A stretch of 64,000 bases of DNA, from the NCBI GenBank assembly GCA_025449905.1, contig JANWIN010000008.1:4642-68641 (forward strand), read 5' to 3'. Positions 42,259 through 52,143 of this stretch are shown here, in pieces (position 1 is the stretch's first letter; each line of letters opens with the position of its first letter). This DNA is from Candidatus Saccharimonadales bacterium (GTDB taxonomy: Bacteria; Patescibacteriota; Saccharimonadia; Saccharimonadales; JANWIN01). The notes under the pieces are model-generated. The model worked only from the letters and a program-made list of their open reading frames with translations, had not been told where the DNA came from and did not search any database. The position numbers were made by a program, and so were the translations under genes.

Positions 42259-43665
42259 ATGAGTCAGGCTTTATACCGTAAATATCGATCTAAGAAGTTT
42301 AGCGAGGTTGTTGGACAGCAGCATATCACTCGGACACTAAGTAATGCTATTAAAAGTGGGCGAGTTAACCATGCCTATTTATTTACCGGTCCGCGTGGCG
42401 TTGGCAAGACTAGTGTGGCGCGTATTTTAGCTCACGAAGTTAACAATATTAAGTATGACGAAACCAAAACGTATCTCGACATCATTGAAATTGACGCCGC
42501 AAGTAATCGACGTATTGACGAGATACGTGACCTGCGCGAAAAAGTCCATATTGCCCCAACTTCTGCCAAATATAAGGTCTACATTATTGACGAAGTCCAC
42601 ATGCTTACTAAAGAAGCTTTTAACGCACTCCTTAAAACCCTGGAAGAACCACCGGGCCACGTTATTTTTATTCTGGCCACAACCGAAGCCCATAAACTGC
42701 CAGAGACCATTGTCAGCCGCACCCAGCGCTTTAGTTTTAAGCCAATTAGTAAAAGCGACGCAATAAAGCATCTCAAAGAGATTGCTAAAACAGAAGGTGT
42801 AAAGATCGATGATGAAGCTGTTGAACTACTAGCCAGCCACGGAGCAGGGAGTTTTCGTGACAGTATTAGCCTACTCGACCAAGTCAGTACCGGCGGTGAT
42901 GTAAAAGTTGACGATGTAAGAAAAATGCTAGGGATTGCACCAGCTGAGGCGATTGAGGCAATAGGCACAACTGTAGATTCTGGCACCCCAGAGCAGCTAC
43001 TTGGTAAATTAGAAGAGATTCGCCTCAAAGGCTATCATCCGCCAACAATCGCCAAGCAGTTAAGCGCTTATTATAGAAGCAGGCTTATTAATGACCAAGC
43101 CGATAGACAAGAAGTTATTAGTCTTCTAAAAAAACTCTTAGCCGTACCGGCTAGCCAAGACCCAGACCAGTTACTGGAGCTGATTTTACTGGATAAATTA
43201 CTGCAATCCGCACTAACAGCCACTCCAGTAGAAAAAACACCGGAAAACAATGTCAAAATCGAACCTGACAAGCCGACGGCCGAGGTAAAACCAGAACCAG
43301 TAAAAGCCAGCCGTAAGAGTGAAAGTGCTTGGGATAAAATTCTGGAGGCTCTAAAAGACCAACATAATACGCTATACAGCACATTGCGTATGGCTAAGGC
43401 TGAATTCAGCGGCAAGCAAGTGCTGAAGCTGACATTTAATTTTGCTTTTCATAAAAAACGTCTAGATGAAGCCAAAAACCTCGAAATATTAGCGGCTACC
43501 GCTAAACAAATTGTGGGTAAGCCGGTTAAAATTATTACTGTTGTAGAAACCGGTGGCATCCCTTTGAAGTCATCTGATAAACCGACTGTGGACGGTACTG
43601 TGGAGAACGGCGAACTACAAACCATTAGCAATATATTCGGCGATGCTGAAGTGCTAGACTCCTAA
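42259..43665 (+). CDS. dnaX: DNA polymerase III subunit gamma/tau
   Basis: FTGPRGVGKTS Walker A, IIDEVHML, LLKTLEEPP, SRTQRF. Confidence 0.93.
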   Translation: MSQALYRKYRSKKFSEVVGQQHITRTLSNAIKSGRVNHAYLFTGPRGVGKTSVARILAHEVNNIKYDETKTYLDIIEIDAASNRRIDEIRDLREKVHIAPTSAKYKVYIIDEVHMLTKEAFNALLKTLEEPPGHVIFILATTEAHKLPETIVSRTQRFSFKPISKSDAIKHLKEIAKTEGVKIDDEAVELLASHGAGSFRDSISLLDQVSTGGDVKVDDVRKMLGIAPAEAIEAIGTTVDSGTPEQLLGKLEEIRLKGYHPPTIAKQLSAYYRSRLINDQADRQEVISLLKKLLAVPASQDPDQLLELILLDKLLQSALTATPVEKTPENNVKIEPDKPTAEVKPEPVKASRKSESAWDKILEALKDQHNTLYSTLRMAKAEFSGKQVLKLTFNFAFHKKRLDEAKNLEILAATAKQIVGKPVKIITVVETGGIPLKSSDKPTVDGTVENGELQTISNIFGDAEVLDS

Positions 43666-43695
43666 GACAACTACCGCGTTTATTAAGAGGGGGAA

Positions 43696-45051
43696 ATGGA
43701 CAGCGACGACGCCAAGTTACCACCACAAAACACCGACGCCGAAGCCAGTTTATTGGGAGCTTTACTAATTGACAGTGACGCTATAGTTAAAATAGCCGAT
43801 GCTATTACCGTAAAAGATTTTTACGATGAAAAGCACCAGCGAATTTATGAGGCCGTAAACACTCTTTATGAAAAGCATAGTCCAGTTGATGTATTAACCC
43901 TATCTAACCATTTAAAAGACAGCGGCAATTTGGATTTTGTCGGTGGTTCGGCTTATTTAACAGAACTGACTAACTATGTACCGACAGCTGCTCATGTTGA
44001 GCGTTATGCTGACATTGTTGCTCAAAAAGCCTTAAGACGCCGATTAATCGCTGCTTCCCAGGATATAACTAATTTAAGTTACGACGAAGGCAGAAACTTA
44101 GATGAGCTAATCGAAAATGCCGAAAGCCGTTTATTTGAAATCAGCCAAAAGCATGTTGGCCAAGATGTCACTAGTCTAGAGACCGTCCTGAGCGAAAGTT
44201 TTGACCGACTTGACGAACTTCATAAAGACAAAGGTAAAATCCGAGGTATTCCAACAGGCTATAAAGATTTGGATAACGTTCTGGCCGGTTTGCAGCGTTC
44301 TGACTTGGTTGTTTTAGCAGCTCGACCATCAATGGGTAAAACCGCCTTAGCTCTTAATATTGCCCATAACGTCGCGCTGGGAGCAGACCAGCCGGTGCTA
44401 ATTTTTAGCCTGGAGATGAGCAAGGAACAGCTGGTTGACCGCATGCTAGCTATGGAGTCTGGAGTTGATGCTTGGGCGCTCCGCACCGGAAATCTAACCG
44501 ATGCTGACTTTGAAAAAATTAGCCAAGCCATGGGCGCCTTAGGTGAAGCAAAAATATACATTGATGATACGCCAAGTATTACTGTTAGTGAGCTACGGAC
44601 TAAAGCTCGCCGCGAGGCTCATATCCGCGAACTTGGTTTGATAGTGGTTGATTATCTGCAGCTCATGAGTGGTGGCCGTTATGGCGGCGACGGTAACCGC
44701 GTACAGGAAATATCTGAGATCTCGCGCGGCCTGAAAGGTATAGCCCGCGAGCTAAATGTGCCGGTGCTGGCACTAAGTCAACTTAGTCGTTCGGTTGAAA
44801 ACCGTCCAGATCGAATCCCACAATTAGCCGACCTACGTGAATCTGGCTCAATCGAGCAAGATGCCGACGTGGTAGCATTTATCTATAGAGACGACTACTA
44901 TAAGCCGGACACTGACCGTAAAAATGTCGCCGATATCCTAATAAAGAAACAGCGTAACGGTCCAACTGGTGCAGTCGAGCTTTACTTTGACAAAGAGAAG
45001 CAACGCTTTAGGAGCTTAGAAACCAAGCAAGCTTCGCCATTCCCAGAGTAG
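43696..45051 (+). CDS. dnaB: replicative DNA helicase DnaB
   Basis: AARPSMGKTALALN Walker A, VVDYLQLM, SQLSR, ESGSIEQDADVV. Confidence 0.95.
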   Translation: MDSDDAKLPPQNTDAEASLLGALLIDSDAIVKIADAITVKDFYDEKHQRIYEAVNTLYEKHSPVDVLTLSNHLKDSGNLDFVGGSAYLTELTNYVPTAAHVERYADIVAQKALRRRLIAASQDITNLSYDEGRNLDELIENAESRLFEISQKHVGQDVTSLETVLSESFDRLDELHKDKGKIRGIPTGYKDLDNVLAGLQRSDLVVLAARPSMGKTALALNIAHNVALGADQPVLIFSLEMSKEQLVDRMLAMESGVDAWALRTGNLTDADFEKISQAMGALGEAKIYIDDTPSITVSELRTKARREAHIRELGLIVVDYLQLMSGGRYGGDGNRVQEISEISRGLKGIARELNVPVLALSQLSRSVENRPDRIPQLADLRESGSIEQDADVVAFIYRDDYYKPDTDRKNVADILIKKQRNGPTGAVELYFDKEKQRFRSLETKQASPFPE

Positions 45052-45063
45052 ACATCTTACCCG

Positions 45064-45154
45064 TTAAGGAAAAAGAGCAGCCCAAGACAAATGTATTCCA
45101 TTTTGCAGGCTTTGGTGAGAAAAACGTAGTTTTGTCTTATAAGGCGAAGCCGGC
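45064..45154 (+). repeat. ~91-bp hairpin-bearing repeat element, copy B
   Basis: Reverse-complement match to 30122-30212; internal helix GGCTTTG...CGAAGCC (one G-U). Confidence 0.75.
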
Positions 45155-45179
45155 AAAATGCTATACTTAAATTCGTTAA

Positions 45180-46370
45180 ATGGTTAAAGAAATACGTTTG
45201 AAGCTTGGTGGTTCTTGGCAACCAATTATAGGTTATTTTGCTGGTATTGCTGCAGTTATGAGTTTGCTAATTTTCAAGCTTGGGTCAATTGTCCCTGGCC
45301 TAAGCCCTTACGAAGCATCTTCACTGGCTAACACCTCGGATGTTCACCATATTCTTAATAATCCGGTTAACGCCCCTTTTAATCTTATGCAGTGGCTTTT
45401 GCATTACTTTAGCTGGACCACCCCCGCACAGGTTCGTGGTGTGAGTGTATTCTTTGCTTTTATCGCCGCCGGGCTATTCTATTATGTATTAAAAAATTGG
45501 CACACTTGGCGAATCGCAGTACTAGGCACTGCCTTGTTCGCTAGTTCAGCCTGGTTTTTTCATATTGCCCGCCAGAGTACGCCAGATGTCTTGTTGATAT
45601 TCGCCATCATTGCAGTTCTAGCTTATGGCACTTGGCTAAAGCTGACTAAGCGTGTCAGCTGGGCTTTGTTTGTTGGCGCATTATTGCTTAGCATTCTTGT
45701 TTACGTCCCGGGAGTTATCTGGATCTTGGCTGCTGGTTTAGTTTGGCAACGAAAATTGTTGCTTGCCCTTTTTAAACGAGCTAATTGGTTGAGTAAAATC
45801 TTATCAATTTTTATATGTTTTTTAGCCTTATCAGCCCTAGGCTGGGCAATATTTAGGCAACCCTCGGTTGCCCGGTCAATAGCAGGCCTACCCCTAAACG
45901 GCATTTTTAGCCCCAGAGATAGCCTTGTGAATCTGGCTAAAATTCCAGTTCGGATTTTCTACCGTGGACCTAGCGATCCAACGTTTTGGCTCGGGACTTT
46001 GCCGCTGCTAGGAATTTTTGCTACGGTCACCAGCATCATTGGCGCCTATGCCTATTGGCTGGGGCGTAAACTCGACAGGACCAAAGTCTTAATTGGGCTT
46101 TTTATAATGACCACGGTTTTATCAGCACTTAGCGGCCTGATTAGCCTGGCTCTACTTTTACCGTTGATGTATTTACTAGTAATAAGAGGGGTTACGCTAC
46201 TACTGCAACAATGGCTAACTGTCTTTCCCAGGAACCCATTGGCCCGTGGGGTAGGCCGCGGCTTAATCACCGTGGTTATTATTCTGGCGACATTCTATAA
46301 CATTAATCATTATTTTGTGGCTTGGCCAAACGCACCAGAGACTAAAGCCGCCTTTACCATTCAACAATAA
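45180..46370 (+). CDS. polytopic integral membrane protein (possibly GT-C/ArnT-like)
   Basis: About 10 hydrophobic segments; family guess only. Confidence 0.5.
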   Translation: MVKEIRLKLGGSWQPIIGYFAGIAAVMSLLIFKLGSIVPGLSPYEASSLANTSDVHHILNNPVNAPFNLMQWLLHYFSWTTPAQVRGVSVFFAFIAAGLFYYVLKNWHTWRIAVLGTALFASSAWFFHIARQSTPDVLLIFAIIAVLAYGTWLKLTKRVSWALFVGALLLSILVYVPGVIWILAAGLVWQRKLLLALFKRANWLSKILSIFICFLALSALGWAIFRQPSVARSIAGLPLNGIFSPRDSLVNLAKIPVRIFYRGPSDPTFWLGTLPLLGIFATVTSIIGAYAYWLGRKLDRTKVLIGLFIMTTVLSALSGLISLALLLPLMYLLVIRGVTLLLQQWLTVFPRNPLARGVGRGLITVVIILATFYNINHYFVAWPNAPETKAAFTIQQ

Positions 46371-46568
46371 AGCTCATTTGCTACAATAAAGAGGTACACA
46401 CGCCTTCCGCACTTGGATGCAGTGCAAGTAAGAAACAAGCAACAGAGTGAGCTGTATATATTAATACTGTGAGCGAGTAGCGGAGTTTCTGAAATGGCAA
46501 TGCGCCAAGAACACTAGCGGGTTGACAGCTTTGCTGTCAAACAGGCTGTGTGGTGCGAAAGGAGTGAA

Positions 46569-46862
46569 ATGAGTAAGTTTGATCAGGCGAAGATGCTAAT
46601 GAAGGTTAAGAAGCTGCAAAAAGAACTGCAGAAAGAGACAATTACAGTTCAAGCCGGCGACGGTGCAGTAAAAGTAGAGATTACCGGCGAACAAAAAATA
46701 AAGAAAGTTAATATAGATCCGGAAAGTGTTGACTTAGACGATATCGGACAATTAGAGCGTTGGATAGAGGACGCTGTTAAAGAAGCCATCAACCAAAGCC
46801 AAAAGCTGGCGGCCGCAAAAATGCAGCCGGTGATGGGTTCATTAGGGGATTTAGGGCTTTAA
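46569..46862 (+). CDS. ybaB: nucleoid-associated protein YbaB/EbfC
   Basis: MSKFDQAKMLMKVKKLQKELQK...VKVEITGEQKI; SD aaaggag. The ORF-track start 46548 is trimmed. Confidence 0.88.
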   Translation: MSKFDQAKMLMKVKKLQKELQKETITVQAGDGAVKVEITGEQKIKKVNIDPESVDLDDIGQLERWIEDAVKEAINQSQKLAAAKMQPVMGSLGDLGL

Positions 46863-46863
46863 T

Positions 46864-47037
46864 ATGAAAAATTCACATTATAGGCTGTTGTGTACCATAT
46901 CTTTTGTGATTCTGTTTTTTGGGCTGCTAGGACTTAGCGATAATATGCGTGAGCGAACCACAGCTTACATTTTTGTCCTAGTGATCAGTGCGCTAGTTCT
47001 AGGCTACGCATCTGCTAAATATAATCGTAAAAAGTAA
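46864..47037 (+). CDS. orphan two-TM micro-protein (57 aa) between ybaB and recR
   Basis: Hand-translated as MKNSHYRLLCTISFVILFFGLLGLSDNMRERTTAYIFVLVISALVLGYASAKYNRKK. ATG 1 nt after the ybaB stop; its stop overlaps the recR ATG (TAATG). Confidence 0.45.
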   Translation: MKNSHYRLLCTISFVILFFGLLGLSDNMRERTTAYIFVLVISALVLGYASAKYNRKK

Positions 47038-47651
47038 TGCCCGATAAGGTTCTGCCACCCGCGTTACTTGAATTAATTGAGGCTTTATCGGCTTTGCCTG
47101 GTGTTGGTCCTAGGTCTGCTGAACGATATGCCTACTATTTGTTGCGCAGTGATCACTTAAATGCCGACCGGCTAGCTATAAGTCTAGAGAAACTGCATGC
47201 CGGCATTGACTACTGCCAGAAGACTTTTGCGTTGGTACCTAAGGGTCAAAAGCTTTCCAGTCTTTACACGGACAACGACCGTGACAAGCAACTAGTCGCG
47301 GTGGTAGCTGATCCGTTCGACATCGTTTCAATTGAAAAAACCAACGACTACAAAGGTACTTATCATGTGCTTGGTGGTTTAATATCACCAATTGATGATA
47401 TTAGCCCGGAGCAACTAAAAATACGAGAGCTTATTAAGCGAGTTAAAGATGACAAGGTAAAAGAAATAATACTGGCTACCAATGCCAGCGTAGAGGGTGA
47501 GTCAACCGCTCTTTATATTCAGCAGCAACTTGTCGGGCTGAAGGTTAAATTAAGCCGTTTGGCACGAGGACTGCCAATCGGTGTTGATCTCGAATATGCC
47601 GATCAAATTACTTTGTCGCGTGCTTTAGAGGGCAGACAGACAATCAATTAG
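47037..47651 (+). CDS. recR: recombination protein RecR (zinc-finger cysteines largely lost)
   Basis: HhH LPGVGPRSAERYAYYLL and a Toprim domain. Only one Cys remains where the C4 finger normally sits. Confidence 0.9.
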   Translation: MPDKVLPPALLELIEALSALPGVGPRSAERYAYYLLRSDHLNADRLAISLEKLHAGIDYCQKTFALVPKGQKLSSLYTDNDRDKQLVAVVADPFDIVSIEKTNDYKGTYHVLGGLISPIDDISPEQLKIRELIKRVKDDKVKEIILATNASVEGESTALYIQQQLVGLKVKLSRLARGLPIGVDLEYADQITLSRALEGRQTIN

Positions 47652-47669
47652 TCCGTTATAATAGAGAAA

Positions 47670-48677
47670 ATGAGCAAATACCCGGAAGCTGAGCAAATTC
47701 AGACTATTTTAGATGGTGCTAAGACTATTGTAGTTATGCAGGCCGATAATCCAGATGGCGACAGCTTGGCGAGTAGCTTGGCACTGGAGCAAATCCTGGG
47801 TGACGCGGGCAAAGAAATCGTACTTTACTGCGGCGTTGATATTCCTTCGTATCTAACTTATTTGAAGGGCTGGGATAGAGTCACCAAGGATCTGCCAACA
47901 AATTTCGATTTAAGTATTGTAGTGGATGTCAGTGCTATTAGTTTGTTTGAGAACCTGCAGAAATCCGGTCAGCTGGGTTGGGTAGCCTCCAAGCCTTCAA
48001 TTATCATCGACCATCACGCTGTTGACGTCAGCATTCTTTTTGCTACTGTCATCTGTAATAAGCCGGCCGTAGCTACCGGCGAGGTTATATATGAACTGGC
48101 ACAGCAGCTAAAATGGCCCTTGAATGAGCAGGCTAAAAATATGCTGTCAATTTCGATTTTATCGGATAGTCTGGGCTTAATTAGCGAGGGTACAACGGCC
48201 CGCAGTATTCACATTATTGCAGAGCTTGTAGAAAGCGGCGTTAAGCTGGCGGAACTGGAAAATGCTCGCCGGGAAATGATGCGCAAATCCATCGAGCTAA
48301 TTCGTTACAAAGGCAAGCTGCTAGAGCGAATTGAGTACTTTAACGATAACCGCATAGCCGTAGTAACCATCCCATGGGAAGAAATTGAAAAATACAGCCA
48401 TGCCTATAATCCTTCAATGCTGGTTATTGACGATATGCGCCTAACCGAAGGCACCGACGTAGCGATTGCTTTTAAGCTGTACCGTGACGGCAAGGTTACG
48501 GCTAAAATACGCACCAACTATGGCAAGAATATTGCCGGTGACCTGGCCGCTCATTTTGGCGGCGGCGGCCACCCTTACGCCAGCGGTTTTAAGATAACTA
48601 GCGGCAAGAAATTTGATGAAGTTAAAAACGAAACGATTGAAGTAGCTGCTAAATTACTTGCTAAACTAGACGGGTAA
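47670..48677 (+). CDS. nrnA: DHH/DHHA1 phosphoesterase (NrnA-like)
   Basis: DNPDGDSLAS, IIIDHHAVD, GGGGHPYASGF. Confidence 0.85.
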   Translation: MSKYPEAEQIQTILDGAKTIVVMQADNPDGDSLASSLALEQILGDAGKEIVLYCGVDIPSYLTYLKGWDRVTKDLPTNFDLSIVVDVSAISLFENLQKSGQLGWVASKPSIIIDHHAVDVSILFATVICNKPAVATGEVIYELAQQLKWPLNEQAKNMLSISILSDSLGLISEGTTARSIHIIAELVESGVKLAELENARREMMRKSIELIRYKGKLLERIEYFNDNRIAVVTIPWEEIEKYSHAYNPSMLVIDDMRLTEGTDVAIAFKLYRDGKVTAKIRTNYGKNIAGDLAAHFGGGGHPYASGFKITSGKKFDEVKNETIEVAAKLLAKLDG

Positions 48678-48679
48678 TT

Positions 48680-49567
48680 ATGATTAACATACCTACAAAG
48701 AAGTTAAAAAATGGCTTTGAGCTTCCAGTCTACGGATTGGGACTTTGGCAGGTAGGTGGTCGCTACGAGCCAGATACAAGCCACGATAAAGAAGAAATAG
48801 ACGCAATCCGTTTTGCGCTTGATAGTGGCATCACACATATTGATACTGCTGAAGGCTATGCTAGAGGCCATTCGGAAGAATTGCTGGGACAAGCCATTAC
48901 AGGCTATGACAGAAAAAAGCTAATAATTGCTACAAAGGTCTCTGGAACTAATCAGTCATACAAAGATCTAGGTCAATCCTGTGAAGCAAGCTTAAAACGA
49001 CTTGGAGTTGACTATATAGATTTGTATTTGCTGCACCGTTACCCGGAGGCTGGCATACCAATTGCAGATACCATGAGAGCTATGGATGAACTTGTCGAAC
49101 GCGGTTTAGTTAAGAATATTGGCGTATGTAATCTAACACCTCGACGATTTGCTGAGGCGCAAAAACACACTAAAAATAAATTAGTCTGTAATCAGGTTCA
49201 TTACAATGTTCAGTATCGTGAAATGGAAGAAACCGGCGTCCTGAAGTACTGCCAGGAAAATGATGTTATGTTAGTTGCCTGGCGTCCCTTACAAAAAGGA
49301 TCTTTGCCAAAGTCAATGTTATTAGAAGAGCTTGCAAGGAGGTATAAAAAAACGGTCCCTCAAGTAGTAATAAATTGGCTTATCTCGCAGCAAAAAGTAG
49401 TTACGCTTGCTAAAACCAGTAACATCGACCATCTAAAAGAAAACCTGGGAGCGGTAGATTGGAGCTTAGAACCAGATGACGTAGAGAAAATCCGTAAAGA
49501 TTTTCCCGATCAAAAGTTAGTTTCTGATGCATTTGCCTTAAACTATAAGGCAGATATCAAGCCATGA
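48680..49567 (+). CDS. aldo/keto reductase
   Basis: GITHIDTAEGYARGHSEELLG, IDLYLLHR, IGVCNL. Confidence 0.88.
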   Translation: MINIPTKKLKNGFELPVYGLGLWQVGGRYEPDTSHDKEEIDAIRFALDSGITHIDTAEGYARGHSEELLGQAITGYDRKKLIIATKVSGTNQSYKDLGQSCEASLKRLGVDYIDLYLLHRYPEAGIPIADTMRAMDELVERGLVKNIGVCNLTPRRFAEAQKHTKNKLVCNQVHYNVQYREMEETGVLKYCQENDVMLVAWRPLQKGSLPKSMLLEELARRYKKTVPQVVINWLISQQKVVTLAKTSNIDHLKENLGAVDWSLEPDDVEKIRKDFPDQKLVSDAFALNYKADIKP

Positions 49568-50949
49568 AGCTATACAACAGCCTAAGTAGAAAAGCTGAAG
49601 AAATTATGCCCATCCAAGATGGTCAAGTTGGTTTATATACCTGCGGGCCGACAGTTTATGACCATGTTCATATTGGCAATCTTAGAACATATATTAATGA
49701 AGATATACTAAGGCGAACTCTTAAAGCCAACGGGCTAAAAGTTAAGCATGTTATGAACATCACTGATATTGAAGACAAGATTTTTGCTCGCTCAAAAGAA
49801 ACAAATAAGCCGTATAAAGAATTAACCAGCCATTTTGAAAAAGTTTTCTTAGATGACGTTAAACGAGTCGGCATTGATCTTAGCGAATCCACCTTAGTTC
49901 GGGCCAGCGAAGCTATTGAGGACATGCAACAAGTCATTATTAAGATTCCTAATAAGTACGTAGCCGAGGACGGCATATATTTTGATATTGCTAAGTATCC
50001 AGAATATGGGGTTTTTGTAAAATTGGACCGCAGTCACAGTCACCACCGTATTAATAATGATGAGTACGATAAAGAACATGTCGCTGACTTTGCGCTTTGG
50101 AAAGCCAAGCAACCAGATGAGCCCAGCTGGGACTTTGAAGTTGATGGGCGAAATATCGAAGGCCGGCCGGGCTGGCACATTGAGTGCTCGGCAATGTCAG
50201 CAAAGCACTTAGGCCAGCCCTTTGACATACACACCGGCGGCGTCGACTTAAAGTTTCCGCACCACGAAAACGAAGTGGCCCAAAGCCACTCAGCTAGTGG
50301 CAAGAAACTAGCCAATTACTGGGTACATTCCGAGCATTTGCTGGTAGATGGTAAAAAAATGAGCAAAAGTCTGAAAAATTTCTACACCTTAGCTGATGTT
50401 ATTGATAAGGGTTTTGACCCGCTGGCGCTGCGTCTTTTGGTCCTCCAGGCACATTACCGAACGGAGGCCCATTTTACCTGGGACAACCTAGAGGCCGCTC
50501 AGAATCGCCTAAATGATTATCGGGCAATGGCCGCTTTGCGCTGGCAGCCCAGAAAGCACCTGAAGGATGCTAGTACCTACATTTTGAGGGACATTCCCAA
50601 GCAGTTCGCTGCCATTTTAGCCAACGACCTTGATACCCCCGGCGCCCTAAGCCTTCTCAGCAATATTGCTACTCAGCTTGGTGCTTTAGATCTTGATTCC
50701 GAAAATGCCAACCGCTATAACAACGTCCAGGATTTTACTAAACTATTAGAATTTTTGGATGATCTACTAGGACTTAAATTAATGAATGTTGATGACATTT
50801 CTGACGAGCAAAAAGACTTTATAAACCAGCGTGAAAAGGCTCGCGAGGACAAAGATTGGACTAAAGCTGACGAGCTGAGAAAACAACTAGAAGAAGCTAA
50901 AATTGGTCTAAATGATACAGATCATGGGGTTATTTGGTATCCGCTGTAG
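49564..50949 (+). CDS. cysS: cysteine--tRNA ligase
   Basis: CGPTVYDHVHIGN (HIGH), GWHIECS, KMSKSL. Confidence 0.94.
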   Translation: MKLYNSLSRKAEEIMPIQDGQVGLYTCGPTVYDHVHIGNLRTYINEDILRRTLKANGLKVKHVMNITDIEDKIFARSKETNKPYKELTSHFEKVFLDDVKRVGIDLSESTLVRASEAIEDMQQVIIKIPNKYVAEDGIYFDIAKYPEYGVFVKLDRSHSHHRINNDEYDKEHVADFALWKAKQPDEPSWDFEVDGRNIEGRPGWHIECSAMSAKHLGQPFDIHTGGVDLKFPHHENEVAQSHSASGKKLANYWVHSEHLLVDGKKMSKSLKNFYTLADVIDKGFDPLALRLLVLQAHYRTEAHFTWDNLEAAQNRLNDYRAMAALRWQPRKHLKDASTYILRDIPKQFAAILANDLDTPGALSLLSNIATQLGALDLDSENANRYNNVQDFTKLLEFLDDLLGLKLMNVDDISDEQKDFINQREKAREDKDWTKADELRKQLEEAKIGLNDTDHGVIWYPL

Positions 50950-52057
50950 GAGCGGTCGTTGAAACTTCGGCTGGATCCATCAATTTGCGGCGCTGGATAA
51001 AATCCAACACCAAAACCCTAAGACAGCCAGCCACTGGAATGGCTATCAGACCACCAATTAAGCCGTTCAAGCTGGCACCAATTAAGACAGCTGTGAAAAC
51101 CAACAGTGGGGACATATTTGTAGCATTAGCCTGAATCCGGGGTTGGACTAAGTAATTTTCTATTTGCTGGTAGGCCACATAATAGACAAAAATCACTGCG
51201 CCGGCAGTTACGGAGTGGAGCAGAGCAATAATACTTACCACAATGGCACCTATGGTATGGCCAACCAATGGAATCAAACCGAAGATAAAAACCAGCACCA
51301 TTAGCGCTACCGGGTAGCTAACGTGTAATATCTGCAGCGGCACAAAGATAAATATTGCCGCTAAGGTAGCTAATATCAACTGGCCGTTGACGTAGCCGCG
51401 CACGACGTTGTACATATCTTTAGCCAGCTTTGCGGTATGGTCGCGGTGAACACGGGGCACCAAGCGGCGGCTCACATCAATCCAACGCGGTCCTTCCAGT
51501 AGCATCATAAATGTTAATACAATAATGGCTAGCACCGCAAAAATACTGCTAGTAATTTTTGAAATCGTCCCTACAAGCGAGCCGCTTAAATGTCCAAGAC
51601 GATCGGAAATTTGATCCGACAGCTTATCGACTTCATCTTCAAGTTTATGCTCTCTAACAAAACGGCCTAGGCTGGAGTTTTGGTCGCGCAAATCTTCCAC
51701 TAATCCTGGTGCTGCATCAATAAAGTTATTGGTCTGCTTTACGAGCGGCGGAATAATAATCGCAAAAAACGCTGTAAAGGCGAAAACTACGGCAACAAAT
51801 GACAAAGTTATAGCTATGGTGCGGTTTCCACGTTTTTTTCCGGGTAAATGCTGGCTCAGGCGGTGAACCGGTTCGTTAAGGGCTAAGGCTAGAATAAAAG
51901 CCACCAGTATAAGAGTTAGGGCGTAGTGTGCCTGTTTAATGGCGGCTAGAACTAGCAACGAACCAAGTATCACGGCAACAACTCTAAAAATTGTCTTAGT
52001 CGAAACAGTTACTTCAACATGTCGTTGTTTTTTATTTTCGCTAAACCAACCCAGCAT
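50930..52057 (-). CDS. AI-2E family transporter (PerM/UPF0118)
   Basis: 375 aa, about 8 TM; typical family layout; converges on cysS with a 20-nt overlap. Confidence 0.8.
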   Translation of the reverse strand: MLGWFSENKKQRHVEVTVSTKTIFRVVAVILGSLLVLAAIKQAHYALTLILVAFILALALNEPVHRLSQHLPGKKRGNRTIAITLSFVAVVFAFTAFFAIIIPPLVKQTNNFIDAAPGLVEDLRDQNSSLGRFVREHKLEDEVDKLSDQISDRLGHLSGSLVGTISKITSSIFAVLAIIVLTFMMLLEGPRWIDVSRRLVPRVHRDHTAKLAKDMYNVVRGYVNGQLILATLAAIFIFVPLQILHVSYPVALMVLVFIFGLIPLVGHTIGAIVVSIIALLHSVTAGAVIFVYYVAYQQIENYLVQPRIQANATNMSPLLVFTAVLIGASLNGLIGGLIAIPVAGCLRVLVLDFIQRRKLMDPAEVSTTAPTADTK

Positions 52058-52143
52058 AGTTTTATTATCTCACGCTCCGTCAGTCTTGCAATGCCTAACT
52101 GTTATATTAATGTCAAAAATGGTATAGTAGGCGTTTAAGACTT

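Noticed and set aside
45091-45129. Small ORF inside the 91-bp repeat (MYSILQALVRKT in copy B; MYFIFPALVRKNVVLSYKAKP... in copy A, ORF 30000-30185 minus)
   Set aside because: A 1-nt homopolymer indel between the copies shifts the frame, so the peptide is not conserved. The element is more likely RNA or DNA.
46371-46568. SRP (4.5S) RNA gene near dnaX/ybaB/recR
   Set aside because: There is no GGAA-tetraloop domain IV consensus or symmetric-loop motif that I could recognise by eye.
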